In this document: positions 53,475 to 63,305 of the stretch, piece by piece
Layout of the letters: the number at the start of each line of letters is the position of its first letter
How positions within the stretch are numbered: position 1 is the first letter of the stretch
From: Escherichia phage inny
Sequence record: MN850601.1
Length of the DNA: 64,000 nucleotides
Direction: 5' to 3' (one strand)
Notes under the pieces: generated by a model
Database searches by the model: none
What the model was told of the DNA's origin: nothing
Seen by the model: the letters and a program-made list of their open reading frames with translations, nothing else
Program-made: the position numbers and the translations under genes

Positions 53475-53517
53475 TCAAGTCCTCATAATAACACATAATT
53501 ATAATGTTTGTCAACAC

Positions 53518-54111
53518 TTAAATTTTAAATTCTTCATTGTTAAATGAATCCAGTGTACGTACTTCTGGTTCTTTGGGAATGAAAACGTCTTTTACAAAAC
53601 GGAACATAGGGAAACGTTCTGCCATTTTACGGACGTGTGCTTCTTTACCCGTGTATCGGTGATTAATAGTACAAATATTAGTTTTCAGTGCAAATTCAAA
53701 ATCTGGATGATATACGTAATTTTGACCATCCCAGTAACACAAGCAAATAGCTACATCAAAGTTCCATACGATTTCACTGCGTACACCTTCTTCCATGATC
53801 ATAAAGTTAAACTTAAGATCTTTATAGTATGCTTCAAATACCCATTTCAAATGTGGTAGTTCGGCATAAGTGTGTTCTGTTTGCTTAGTAAGTTGTTTAA
53901 CATTACGTGCACCAACACCCAACATCAAAAATTTCTCTACTAGTACGAGTGTATTGTGGTTAGGCATACGCAAGTAAATATCAATATCTTGCGCAGGTTT
54001 CTCTAATCGCCAGTCACGTACAGCGCCGCCAGCTACAATTGCAAACGGATCTACCAGTTGGCACATACGTAATACTTCTAAAGCTCGTACTTTTTGATCT
54101 TCAATATTCAT
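53518..54111 (-). CDS. Pol-beta-superfamily nucleotidyltransferase, CCA-adding-enzyme head-domain-like
   Basis: 197 aa; N-terminal IVAGGAVRDWRL...DIDIYL matches the GG(A/S)VRD...DxD motif of class II tRNA nucleotidyltransferases. Confidence 0.5.
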   Translation of the reverse strand: MNIEDQKVRALEVLRMCQLVDPFAIVAGGAVRDWRLEKPAQDIDIYLRMPNHNTLVLVEKFLMLGVGARNVKQLTKQTEHTYAELPHLKWVFEAYYKDLKFNFMIMEEGVRSEIVWNFDVAICLCYWDGQNYVYHPDFEFALKTNICTINHRYTGKEAHVRKMAERFPMFRFVKDVFIPKEPEVRTLDSFNNEEFKI

Positions 54112-54250
54112 ATTTTCTCCTATCTCTTATGGTCTTTGCGTTATTCTAGATGTTCAAACATCTAATTATGAAATGGTTTAAAAGTGCGGAACAACCTTGG
54201 CAATCACAGATTGTTCCACATAAAAACTCCTTATAAAACAATATGTTAGA

Positions 54251-56830
54251 CTAGTGACAAGACGCCCATGAGTTACCAACATCGTAACCAGCAGTGAGAG
54301 GTACATTAAGATTGTAATACTCACCAGCTTTATTAACAGCGATAGATGCTAATTCTCCAGCACGACTGTAGGCTGTAAACCAACCACCTTTCGGAGATTC
54401 ATGTACGTTAGCCCAAATCTTGCCAGTACGTTTCTCTTCCTCTTCTTTCCAGGCATTAACCTTATCCAAACATTCTTTATCAATTTTCTTTTGTTCTTCT
54501 GGATCATCAACTTGAGTCCAACCTAAAGATTCTTTAGAAAACCATTTAAAATGCACCAGATCACGAGTTACTTCAAGCTGTGCTTCATCGTGATATGCAA
54601 TCATTTGTTGAACGAATGACTTATTTTTCCAGTCATCAACAAAAAAGTCAACAGCTAATCCTTCTTCTTCGATAAGATCGTCGTAGATAACCATTGCTCT
54701 TTTTGCACAAATAACACCACCACTCTGGAACAGAGAGTTAAGTATTGCGTGTGCAGATCGTGTAGGTACTTTTCTACCATCAATACCAAGAATGTATTTC
54801 TTACCTGTTTTAACCCAAAAATCATGCAGACGTTCTTTAAGAAGCGCAAGAGGTTTTGCAGCTTCCCAGAAAGCATCGTATACAAGTTGTCCTGTATACA
54901 TATCACTACCTATAGTTTTTGCTACTTTTGCAGCTTGAGCACCATAAGTAATACCATACTTAACAGATTTAGCAGGGCTTCGTTCAAACTTACGACCAAT
55001 AGTGTCAGAAATACGTCGAGCCATCATTGTATGAACATCATTAGGTTTTTCCAATAATAGAGCATTACAATATTCGTGTGGTTCCTGCTCGTACCGCCAA
55101 CAGTAGTGTGATTCTATTTTTGCCTCAAGAGAATCAAAGTCATAACCAATTTGGAAGTATTTTGGAACTTCTACACCAAATAAGTTACGCATTTCATATC
55201 CGTACAGAGATGTTACACGTGGGATATTTGCTACTAACCTATGTTTCATACGAGACGTAGCTGCATCACACGTTGCAGCAGGGGTTGGTATACGACCATC
55301 AGCCCTTACTGCCGCCAGATAACCTTTATCGTAATCCTCTTCATCTTCTTCCCAATCAGCACCACCACCTAGGATAGAGTTTCTACGATGTTTATACGTA
55401 AGATATTGCACAATCTGCGTAGCATAAGGAAACTTTTCACCCAGTGCTTCCAAGTTAGGACAAATATCTTTCTCTTGCCCTTTTGTAAAGGAAGGGTTAG
55501 TAAGCACTTTAACACCACGACCTTTAGCTTTAGCAATACGATCTCTTAGTTTCCATTCCAAAGTTTCTGGTGTGCACTCCAGATGATCACATCTGTCCTG
55601 GCAGAAGTTAGATGCTAATGTTTGATCAACATAGTCACGAATAGCTTTCTCCATTTGTGCTTCATCTTTCTTAATCTTAGTGCCAGATTTAAGAGTGATA
55701 TCTTTATCTTTATATTCAGATGGACTCCAACCTAAACCAACTAACCAGTTTTTAATATGTGTAGTGTCGTCTAAAGTAGCAGGTACTGTAGGATCACAAA
55801 TAGGTTCTTCTGCTGGAATAGGGAGTTTAAACTCTTTACCTAATGCAAATAGCCACCAACCATCTTCTTTTTGTACAAGTTCACCAGAATGTTTCTCTGC
55901 AAACTTTATCATGTTACTTGAAGGTTCACCATTCTTTTTAAACTGTAGTTTAGGTGGAATGAATGATTTCAAATAACCTTTAGTAGCAGGTTTAGGAGGT
56001 AACACAGGTTCTGCCTCTAAACGACATGCTTCCATTCGAGCATCCAGATCACGAATATTATCTTCTGCTTGTTTCATATTGAAAGCAAAGCCACGGTGCT
56101 CTTGACGTGTAATAATATCAGCTACACGTTGTTCTAAGTTAAAGGGTTCAGACCATTTATTATAATCACCCCACTCTTCCATCAAATAACGGAATACTGC
56201 GGTGTTAGCTTTGTTATCGTAAATACAGTAATACAGCATATCTGCTGCAAATGTTTTAAATCTTTCAGTTTCAGGAATGTTTTTTCTAAAATCAATTTTA
56301 ACATCCCCTCCAGCTTTCTTAGATAACTCTGCCAGACTATGACCACCGAAGCGATCAGGGTTTAGTGTCTTACTTAAGATCATAGTATCACAAATTTCAA
56401 TGTTACTATTACCCCAAGTATTGTACTTAATACTGTAGTTGAGTTTAAAAAATAATTTAATTGCCAGTAAGTCAAAGTTAATGATGTTATGTCCAACTAC
56501 TTTGGTAATTTTATAGTTTGAATTACCTTTAAATTTACCTGTTCCATTTACAAAATCAGGAAAATCTTTAAGAGGGAAATGGGTATATTCTAAATGCTCA
56601 TATTCCTCCAGTCGGTATTCATACTTTCCGTCAGTCTCAACATACGGACGACCATCGAAAAGATATTTATCACCATCATGGAAAGCAATAATCTCTCCAG
56701 TATCATGACTTTCGCACACAATACAGTGCATTGCAAAACTATCTTTTAAACGATATGGACTTGCCAAGTAATCTACACTTTCGTCATTAAGCAAGTTGTT
56801 ACTTTCAATGTCGAAAGTAAAAGCTCCCAT
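54251..56830 (-). CDS. DNA polymerase, family A, with 3'-5' exonuclease domain
   Basis: 859 aa; Exo I FDIES near N-terminus; motif B KSVKYGITYGA and motif C YHDEAQLE. Confidence 0.9.
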   Translation of the reverse strand: MGAFTFDIESNNLLNDESVDYLASPYRLKDSFAMHCIVCESHDTGEIIAFHDGDKYLFDGRPYVETDGKYEYRLEEYEHLEYTHFPLKDFPDFVNGTGKFKGNSNYKITKVVGHNIINFDLLAIKLFFKLNYSIKYNTWGNSNIEICDTMILSKTLNPDRFGGHSLAELSKKAGGDVKIDFRKNIPETERFKTFAADMLYYCIYDNKANTAVFRYLMEEWGDYNKWSEPFNLEQRVADIITRQEHRGFAFNMKQAEDNIRDLDARMEACRLEAEPVLPPKPATKGYLKSFIPPKLQFKKNGEPSSNMIKFAEKHSGELVQKEDGWWLFALGKEFKLPIPAEEPICDPTVPATLDDTTHIKNWLVGLGWSPSEYKDKDITLKSGTKIKKDEAQMEKAIRDYVDQTLASNFCQDRCDHLECTPETLEWKLRDRIAKAKGRGVKVLTNPSFTKGQEKDICPNLEALGEKFPYATQIVQYLTYKHRRNSILGGGADWEEDEEDYDKGYLAAVRADGRIPTPAATCDAATSRMKHRLVANIPRVTSLYGYEMRNLFGVEVPKYFQIGYDFDSLEAKIESHYCWRYEQEPHEYCNALLLEKPNDVHTMMARRISDTIGRKFERSPAKSVKYGITYGAQAAKVAKTIGSDMYTGQLVYDAFWEAAKPLALLKERLHDFWVKTGKKYILGIDGRKVPTRSAHAILNSLFQSGGVICAKRAMVIYDDLIEEEGLAVDFFVDDWKNKSFVQQMIAYHDEAQLEVTRDLVHFKWFSKESLGWTQVDDPEEQKKIDKECLDKVNAWKEEEEKRTGKIWANVHESPKGGWFTAYSRAGELASIAVNKAGEYYNLNVPLTAGYDVGNSWASCH

Positions 56831-56898
56831 TCTCCCTCCTTAAAATATTTCTAAAGTCTTAATTTGTTAATACTGTACCACAAATTAATTGTTTTGTA

Positions 56899-56925
56899 AA
56901 GGGGCTTTCGCCCCTTCTTGTTATT
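56899..56925. terminator. GC hairpin GGGGC-TTTC-GCCCC with T-run
   Basis: between DNA polymerase start and the stop of the 56921..57316 gene. Confidence 0.5.
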
Positions 56926-57316
56926 TATTGTCAGCACTTAGTTGTACTTTAATAAGGCAATTAGGGACACCATTGGTATTTCTCAAGCCTACACGTTCAA
57001 TTTTAACAGTGCCTGTCAAACCATTAAAAGTGGAAACAATGTTATTAATGTTTTCATCCTTACTAGTGATATCAAGAATAACTTTATCACTAACATTTTT
57101 CAACATACGATCTACAAGCTCTCCCACAAAACCACTGGTAGTTTGAATGAGAAGGTATAGACAACCATCTTCAAACCACAAATGTTCACCATAAGCATAA
57201 CCGTATGGTTCTAATTCTGATCCGTCTTGAAATTTAAACTTAGCAATAGTTTTCGTATAATCATACGCTAAAGCAGAAGGGCATACCCCATAGAGGATAT
57301 TTTCGTTGTCTTTCAT
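56921..57316 (-). CDS. hypothetical protein (131 aa)
   Basis: ORF track 56921..57445 trimmed to ATG at 57316 behind AAGGAG, removing overlap with primase-helicase. Confidence 0.5.
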   Translation of the reverse strand: MKDNENILYGVCPSALAYDYTKTIAKFKFQDGSELEPYGYAYGEHLWFEDGCLYLLIQTTSGFVGELVDRMLKNVSDKVILDITSKDENINNIVSTFNGLTGTVKIERVGLRNTNGVPNCLIKVQLSADNK

Positions 57317-57326
57317 ATTTTTCTCC

Positions 57327-59099
57327 TTAATAAGAACCAGCAGAAATATTTTCTGGGTTACTTGTGTATTGATCGTAATCGTGAAGTGTAGCTGTTTTAA
57401 TCTCATAAAAGAAACTACCTGCTGCACCAGTCTCTGAAAACTCACGGTTCTTTAGAATGTAGCAATATGTGCGGTTACGTTCCATAGGATCTTCAGCTTG
57501 TTTATCACGCTCCAGCGCAATTGTGATACCAGCACCTTTAGCAAGGAAGCTACTACCCATTGCATCATCTTCTACAATATGTTCATTACTATTGTTAGAA
57601 GACTTTTTAACGTGTGAAATTACAACAATGGTTATTGCGTACTCTTTCATAATGCGTTTCAGCCACGTCGCAAGTTCCTCTTGTTGTGACACGTCCATAC
57701 CAGAAAGCAAGTCAGAATAAGGGTCGATAACAAGAATGGTTACTCCGAAATAAATAATCATTTCCAGAACCTTCTCTTTAATCACATCTACGTTAGCTCC
57801 ACGATCATCACAAACATAGAAACGTGGTGTTCCATCTTCTCGTTCGTAAAAATCACGAATCTTTTCTTCATTATCTTTTAAAATCTTTTCCTTCTCTTCT
57901 TTCGTTTTACGGTGAAGAGGGATATGCAAGAATGAAGACAGTAAGTTACGAGAATACTTCTTATACGTTGCCTCCAAAGATAAAATACCAAGAGTATGTT
58001 CTGGGTGTGCAAGAATAATGTGTTTCGTAATCTCGTTAACCAACAGTGTCTTACCGATACTTGTTTTTGCAAGTATAACAGTAATTTCTTCTTCTACCAA
58101 GCCTCCACCTAACATATTTGAAGCAACACGCATGAATGGAGGAAGGGTGATCATTTTAGCTTCCAGGCATTCCAAGGCTGCTTCATACAGTACGTTAGAA
58201 GCGTAAACACCAGCAGGTGTGTACAGTTTAGCTTTGAAAAAGCGATCAATAAAATGATCAATTTTTCCTTCTACTAGTGCCTGGTTAGGATCTTTAACAT
58301 CAGTTAGTTCCATCACGTAAACTTTATTACGTGGTAAGATTTTAACACATTTCTCAACTGCTGCACGTCCAGCTTCATCATTATCCATACATAGAACAAT
58401 CTTTTTAAATTGGTCTAAGAATTTATAACGATGTTGAAGCTGCTTATGCAGAGATGTTTCGCCACAAGTACCAGATACTACAGCAGGAACAGGATATTTA
58501 CCACCCTTGTTATAATCTTTTAGCATCTGTGTTGCAGCCAGCATATCGTGTTCACCACCAACGATTAGAATAGTACCGCTGTGGTTACGATATTTAAACT
58601 CCCCAAAAAGATCACAATCCTTTCCTGTTTCACCGATAGGATGTGAGAAATCTTTTGGATCGATACGTTGTTTATACCCAGCAATATTGTAATCTTTAGT
58701 TGTAGGGTATAGTGTTGAAATTACTTCGCCAGTAGCTTCATCGTACATATAACGTACACCGAAAGGCTTAGAGATATCTTCACGAATACCGCGATAACCT
58801 TTTGGATTAGTTCCAGTGCTGGCTTTTAGTTTATCATGTACTTCTGGATTAAACTCACTACCCAAGATATCCTCCTCTTCAATTTCTTCGCCGTGTGCAT
58901 TTAACCATTTTTGATCAGGGATAGTAAAGCCACAAGAAAAACAATGTGCGCCTCGATGGTCTTCATCGGCATCTAAGCCATATACCATCAAATTGTTTTG
59001 TGATCGATCACGCCCTCCTTTCATACAACGAGGACACCCAGTATGTCCTTCTTGACTCAGATCAATGTTATACCCATATTTATTTACAACATAAGACAC
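57327..59099 (-). CDS. DNA primase-helicase (zinc-ribbon plus DnaB-like P-loop helicase)
   Basis: 590 aa; N-terminal CPRC...CFSC zinc ribbon; Walker A AKTSIGKT; Walker B-like VLVIDPYSD. Confidence 0.8.
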   Translation of the reverse strand: MSYVVNKYGYNIDLSQEGHTGCPRCMKGGRDRSQNNLMVYGLDADEDHRGAHCFSCGFTIPDQKWLNAHGEEIEEEDILGSEFNPEVHDKLKASTGTNPKGYRGIREDISKPFGVRYMYDEATGEVISTLYPTTKDYNIAGYKQRIDPKDFSHPIGETGKDCDLFGEFKYRNHSGTILIVGGEHDMLAATQMLKDYNKGGKYPVPAVVSGTCGETSLHKQLQHRYKFLDQFKKIVLCMDNDEAGRAAVEKCVKILPRNKVYVMELTDVKDPNQALVEGKIDHFIDRFFKAKLYTPAGVYASNVLYEAALECLEAKMITLPPFMRVASNMLGGGLVEEEITVILAKTSIGKTLLVNEITKHIILAHPEHTLGILSLEATYKKYSRNLLSSFLHIPLHRKTKEEKEKILKDNEEKIRDFYEREDGTPRFYVCDDRGANVDVIKEKVLEMIIYFGVTILVIDPYSDLLSGMDVSQQEELATWLKRIMKEYAITIVVISHVKKSSNNSNEHIVEDDAMGSSFLAKGAGITIALERDKQAEDPMERNRTYCYILKNREFSETGAAGSFFYEIKTATLHDYDQYTSNPENISAGSY

Positions 59100-59111
59100 A
59101 GGATTCTCCTA

Positions 59112-59381
59112 CTAAAATGATTCGTTTGTCTCCATAATATATTGCATTTCCAAATCTTCCATATGTTTCTTAAATTGGTAAACAATTTCCGATGGGGAAA
59201 TATCTATATCAAAAAGTTCTTTTGTACCAGAATAAAATCTAATACCATCAACAATAAGACCACCATAATAATCCCAATCACTTTCTCGTGAGAAAGGGTT
59301 AGGTTCTTCATAATAGTAATCTACTTCAACAATAATAGGTTCTTTATTATCTTGTTTATACTCAAAATCAAAAGTGTTCAT
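59112..59381 (-). CDS. hypothetical protein (89 aa)
   Basis: ORF track. Confidence 0.45.
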   Translation of the reverse strand: MNTFDFEYKQDNKEPIIVEVDYYYEEPNPFSRESDWDYYGGLIVDGIRFYSGTKELFDIDISPSEIVYQFKKHMEDLEMQYIMETNESF

Positions 59382-60325
59382 TATAAATCCTCGATAAGCA
59401 GTCTGCGGGTTTCATTTAAATCATCAATATTGTAGTTATCTCTTACATACTTAGCAAGAGCCAATCCCTTCTCAATACAAACATCAGGAGATTCGATTAA
59501 GTATTCTACAATATCTTTCCACTCTTTAACTGAATCAGCAAAGAAGATTAGATCTTTAAATTCTTCAGTATAATAGTTCTCTCGTGGTGAACAAACGAGT
59601 GGCAAACCTTTAGCACCAGCTTCAAGAATTTTTAAATTACTTTTGGCATTATTAAAATGATTATTTACTAATGGAGCTATGGAGATTTGATGACCATCGT
59701 ATGCTTCCATATAACACTCATAAGGACGAATACCTTCATAAACACAATCTGGTTGAATATCTTCTTTAATTTGCAACCATTGAGCACTACTTAACTCTTC
59801 GTGATCTCTACGAAATCCACATAAAGTTAAATCTTTACCAAAACCAGGAAGAATTGCTAAATCATGTTTATGTGTTTCACTTCCCGCCCAAACTAGTGGA
59901 CTTTTAGAATAACGGTCTTTCGTAAGAACAAACTGTCCTTCATCAAAAGGTAATCCGTTAGGCACAATATGTACATTATCATTGTATTGGCTTAATTCAA
60001 CCTTTAATGCCGGAGTTGTTGTAGTTACAAGATCGCTTCTTTCAAGGAACCATTTTAGGTCATCTCGGATTTGATTTTCAAATAGTCCTTCAAGCATATG
60101 CCCTTCAGGAATAATTAAAGAATCATCCAGATCCATTACCAATTTAAACCCAAGTTGTTTAAGAGCCAGGAAACCTGGCTTTCCACGTGTTGGTACTCCA
60201 TTGAACACAAAAATATTATGCTTAGGATTAATTGTCAGTTTGCGTTTATATGGCAAAATGATTCTATGAAAATCACATATACTATACTTTTCATTTCCGC
60301 GTGTGTCAAGAATAATATTAGGCAT
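59381..60325 (-). CDS. glycosyltransferase-like protein, paralogue 1 (GT-B-like)
   Basis: 314 aa; shares blocks with the next gene (VFNGVPTRG / VFNRVYSRG; KSNLKILEAGAKGLP identical in both; C-terminal YNxxDxNExRR). Confidence 0.5.
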   Translation of the reverse strand: MPNIILDTRGNEKYSICDFHRIILPYKRKLTINPKHNIFVFNGVPTRGKPGFLALKQLGFKLVMDLDDSLIIPEGHMLEGLFENQIRDDLKWFLERSDLVTTTTPALKVELSQYNDNVHIVPNGLPFDEGQFVLTKDRYSKSPLVWAGSETHKHDLAILPGFGKDLTLCGFRRDHEELSSAQWLQIKEDIQPDCVYEGIRPYECYMEAYDGHQISIAPLVNNHFNNAKSNLKILEAGAKGLPLVCSPRENYYTEEFKDLIFFADSVKEWKDIVEYLIESPDVCIEKGLALAKYVRDNYNIDDLNETRRLLIEDL

Positions 60326-60336
60326 ATATCTCCTTG

Positions 60337-61350
60337 TTAAAGACTTTCAATAACTTGACGACGCAGTTCATTGGCATCTGCAAGATTATAATTAAGACGA
60401 ACGTGTTCTGCAAGCATCATACCACGATCTTCTGTGTATCTAGGGTTCCTCATTAGCTTGACAACTTCATAATGCCAAGATGCTTTAGAGTCTGCATAGA
60501 TAACAGCCTTTGCATCTACCGGATTGAAGTACGGCAGCACAGGAGAACAGATAATAGGAAGACCCTTTGCACCTGCTTCCAAAATCTTCAAATTGCTTTT
60601 ACAGTTGTTGAAGTCATTATCTACCAGGGGAGCAATTGCAATACTGTGACCGTCATACACAGACATATACTCACCTAAATTTTTAATAGCTGGTTTATAC
60701 TGTGCATTTGGAATCTTACGTTTTATTTTAACCCACTCCGCAGTAGTTAGATACTGACTATTATTTCCAACAGGTGCAGAAGGATACACTTCATACCCTG
60801 CAATTGTCAATAGTGTATCATCAAATGTATTAGCTACAAGAGATAAATCAGGTTCGTGGCTTGCTCCTCCAGCCCAGATAATAGGCGTGTCAGAATTACG
60901 GTCTTTTGTCAAAGTAAATTGACCTTCGTCGTAAGGTAGTGCGTTTCTAATAACGACAACATTACGATTTAAATGACGAATTTTGTAAGCTAGGTATTCT
61001 GTTGTTACAGTAACAACATCTGCTAACTTGACCATCTCTACAATAGTCTTTGAGTGATTAGTAAATACGCCAGCCATATAATGTTCAGGATTAAGTGAAT
61101 AAAAATCATCTAAATCAACAATAATCTTAACACCTTGTGCCTTCAGGCGTTTAACCTCGTCTGCTCCACGAGAATACACTCTATTAAAAACTAAAACGTC
61201 TTTCTTAGGTTTAAACGTATTTCCAGCAAATGGCATTACAATACGATGGTAATCACAACCACTGCCTAACTTATTATCACACTTAAGTACAGGAGTATTA
61301 GGATTTACCATATTTTTGAGCCTCCTCATAAGAGATAAAAGTTTTACCAT
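60337..61350 (-). CDS. glycosyltransferase-like protein, paralogue 2 (GT-B-like)
   Basis: 337 aa; tandem paralogue of 59381..60325 with conserved KSNLKILEAGAKGLP block. Confidence 0.5.
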   Translation of the reverse strand: MVKLLSLMRRLKNMVNPNTPVLKCDNKLGSGCDYHRIVMPFAGNTFKPKKDVLVFNRVYSRGADEVKRLKAQGVKIIVDLDDFYSLNPEHYMAGVFTNHSKTIVEMVKLADVVTVTTEYLAYKIRHLNRNVVVIRNALPYDEGQFTLTKDRNSDTPIIWAGGASHEPDLSLVANTFDDTLLTIAGYEVYPSAPVGNNSQYLTTAEWVKIKRKIPNAQYKPAIKNLGEYMSVYDGHSIAIAPLVDNDFNNCKSNLKILEAGAKGLPIICSPVLPYFNPVDAKAVIYADSKASWHYEVVKLMRNPRYTEDRGMMLAEHVRLNYNLADANELRRQVIESL

Positions 61351-61984
61351 TGCGAAGATCCTCCAGTGATTGTTTATATTGTTCCCAGTTTACACCAATC
61401 CCCTGTTCTTTCTCTTCTTTTGACAGATTCGCAAAAGGTAAAGGATTATCTCCAAATACATCATCAGGATGGATAAACGCCATAATTCGAATAGGACATG
61501 GCACGCCTTGAATACCTCGGTTCAAACCTGCCAGTGGAACGCGATGAATCCACTCTGCATCTTCATATCCATAACCGTGGGTGTATGAGCGGAAATAGCC
61601 AGCTTTCTCAATAACTGCACGGGAATACATACCAAACTGGCACATACCTAGTTCCCAAATAACCACTTCCCCTTCAATACCTTTTACTTTATCTTTAAAG
61701 TATTCAGGCATACCAAAGAAATCCCAACCATTTTCCTTCGCCTGTTTTACAAAATATGTTTCCCAACCTTGAACAACAGGATAGCAATCATCATCAAAAA
61801 TAAACCAGTAATCATACCCTTCATCATAAAACTTTTTCATCAGTTCATTACGAGCATATGCAACACCTTTTCGTTCACGATCATACTGTACAACAAAAGT
61901 AGCATTAGGATCAGTCACAAGATAATCTTTAAGAGGACGCTTACCTACAGTAATAACACCAACACCAATTTTTGTATTTTCCAA
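61298..61984 (-). CDS. glycosyltransferase, GT-A-like with DxD motif
   Basis: 228 aa; N-terminal GVGVITVGKRP nucleotide-binding start and WFIFDDDCYP acidic motif. Confidence 0.55.
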   Translation of the reverse strand: MENTKIGVGVITVGKRPLKDYLVTDPNATFVVQYDRERKGVAYARNELMKKFYDEGYDYWFIFDDDCYPVVQGWETYFVKQAKENGWDFFGMPEYFKDKVKGIEGEVVIWELGMCQFGMYSRAVIEKAGYFRSYTHGYGYEDAEWIHRVPLAGLNRGIQGVPCPIRIMAFIHPDDVFGDNPLPFANLSKEEKEQGIGVNWEQYKQSLEDLRNGKTFISYEEAQKYGKS

Positions 61985-61993
61985 AATAACTCC

Positions 61994-62557
61994 TTAAATA
62001 ATTTTATTCATGTCTTGACAATGTAAAAGGTGTGAAACAGCTTTTCTAGGATCATCATTACCTAAACGGTAGGTGTGAAATAAATATAACCCACGTAATA
62101 AACCTAGCCTTTTGTTGTTAGCATGTAATGCTTTAGAGAAAATTATATCAAACTGTATTGACCTTTCCTCAAAAGGGATTTCATTCCACAGACTCTTACG
62201 AAAGAGAAGAAAGAATCCTGCTAAGATAGCATCTGTAGGTACTTCCTCTATTGAGTTTCCCCATTCTAGATGTGCTCTTTTTGCAATCTCAATGTGGTGT
62301 AATATATTCGGATCTTCACTTCTTTCATTATTAAATAATTGATATGTTGATCCCAATCTGTTACAAGATGCACCAAGAACATCAAAATCAGGATTTGAAC
62401 GGACAATTGATTCCAGCCAAGCAGGTTGTTCTGGAAGAAGAAACATTGTATCAATGTCTCTTAGGCAAATCCAACTATCTTCTGGTAAGACACTTATTGT
62501 GTCATTGATACCTTTTCCAATATCTCCAGAAAGATAGGGAGTTATGTGAAATATCAT
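61994..62557 (-). CDS. hypothetical protein, possible fourth sugar-transfer enzyme
   Basis: 187 aa; CLRDIDTMF DxD-like motif; co-oriented with the three glycosyltransferase genes. Confidence 0.35.
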   Translation of the reverse strand: MIFHITPYLSGDIGKGINDTISVLPEDSWICLRDIDTMFLLPEQPAWLESIVRSNPDFDVLGASCNRLGSTYQLFNNERSEDPNILHHIEIAKRAHLEWGNSIEEVPTDAILAGFFLLFRKSLWNEIPFEERSIQFDIIFSKALHANNKRLGLLRGLYLFHTYRLGNDDPRKAVSHLLHCQDMNKII

Positions 62558-62614
62558 ACTCCCTCCGTATTATTACTTTAGCATTTTTAGACTAAAAAGT
62601 CCAAATGGTTTTAC

Positions 62615-62809
62615 CTATTGATTACGTTTTGCGAGTTCCATTTGGATAGCTAAACTGTGATCTCGTGCTTCCATATACTCTTTATATGTTTCATTAAGAT
62701 GATCACAACAAACATCACGCAGTTTAATCAGTTTATCTGTAGGGATACCACTAAGATCATCCCAAGATTTTACAACTTCACCAGTATCATTGATCCCAAT
62801 GGTTTTCAT
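62615..62809 (-). CDS. hypothetical protein (64 aa)
   Basis: ORF track. Confidence 0.4.
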   Translation of the reverse strand: MKTIGINDTGEVVKSWDDLSGIPTDKLIKLRDVCCDHLNETYKEYMEARDHSLAIQMELAKRNQ

Positions 62810-63065
62810 CTACAACCTCCTTAATTGCTACAGCACAGTTTTTGCAGATACACTGCCCTTTACCTTTAGAAATCTGAATGTAAGGTTCATTTTCATTTTC
62901 GCCCTTACGTGAGTCATATATTACAGTATTGAAGCACACAACGCAAATATTTTTTAAGATTGTATACTTATCAACTTTCTTTTTTGTTTTAAAGTTAACT
63001 TCAATAACATCAGCCATCAGTGTAACACTCCCAGTATGTTGCTTTGTGACATAACCATAGAACAT
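62787..63065 (-). CDS. hypothetical zinc-ribbon protein (92 aa)
   Basis: ORF track; CVVC...CICKNC cysteine pairs. Confidence 0.4.
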   Translation of the reverse strand: MFYGYVTKQHTGSVTLMADVIEVNFKTKKKVDKYTILKNICVVCFNTVIYDSRKGENENEPYIQISKGKGQCICKNCAVAIKEVVDENHWDQ

Positions 63066-63295
63066 TCAACATTATCGTGACTACGTGAAAAACGTTCCCA
63101 AACCTCTTCATCGACTCGTAAAGCTATACAAGGATAGACGTTATCATTGATCATTTCAATTGAATAAACATCCATATTGTCTTCGTCTTCGATGAACATC
63201 ATTGCAAACTGTTCTAAATGTTTCCTAATGTAATGTACATCCTCTTCTGTAAGACCAATAACAAGATAACTTGCAACGATAACGCCATCTTTCAT
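63017..63295 (-). CDS. hypothetical protein (92 aa)
   Basis: ORF track. Confidence 0.4.
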   Translation of the reverse strand: MKDGVIVASYLVIGLTEEDVHYIRKHLEQFAMMFIEDEDNMDVYSIEMINDNVYPCIALRVDEEVWERFSRSHDNVECSMVMSQSNILGVLH

Positions 63296-63305
63296 CTATA
63301 TCTCC

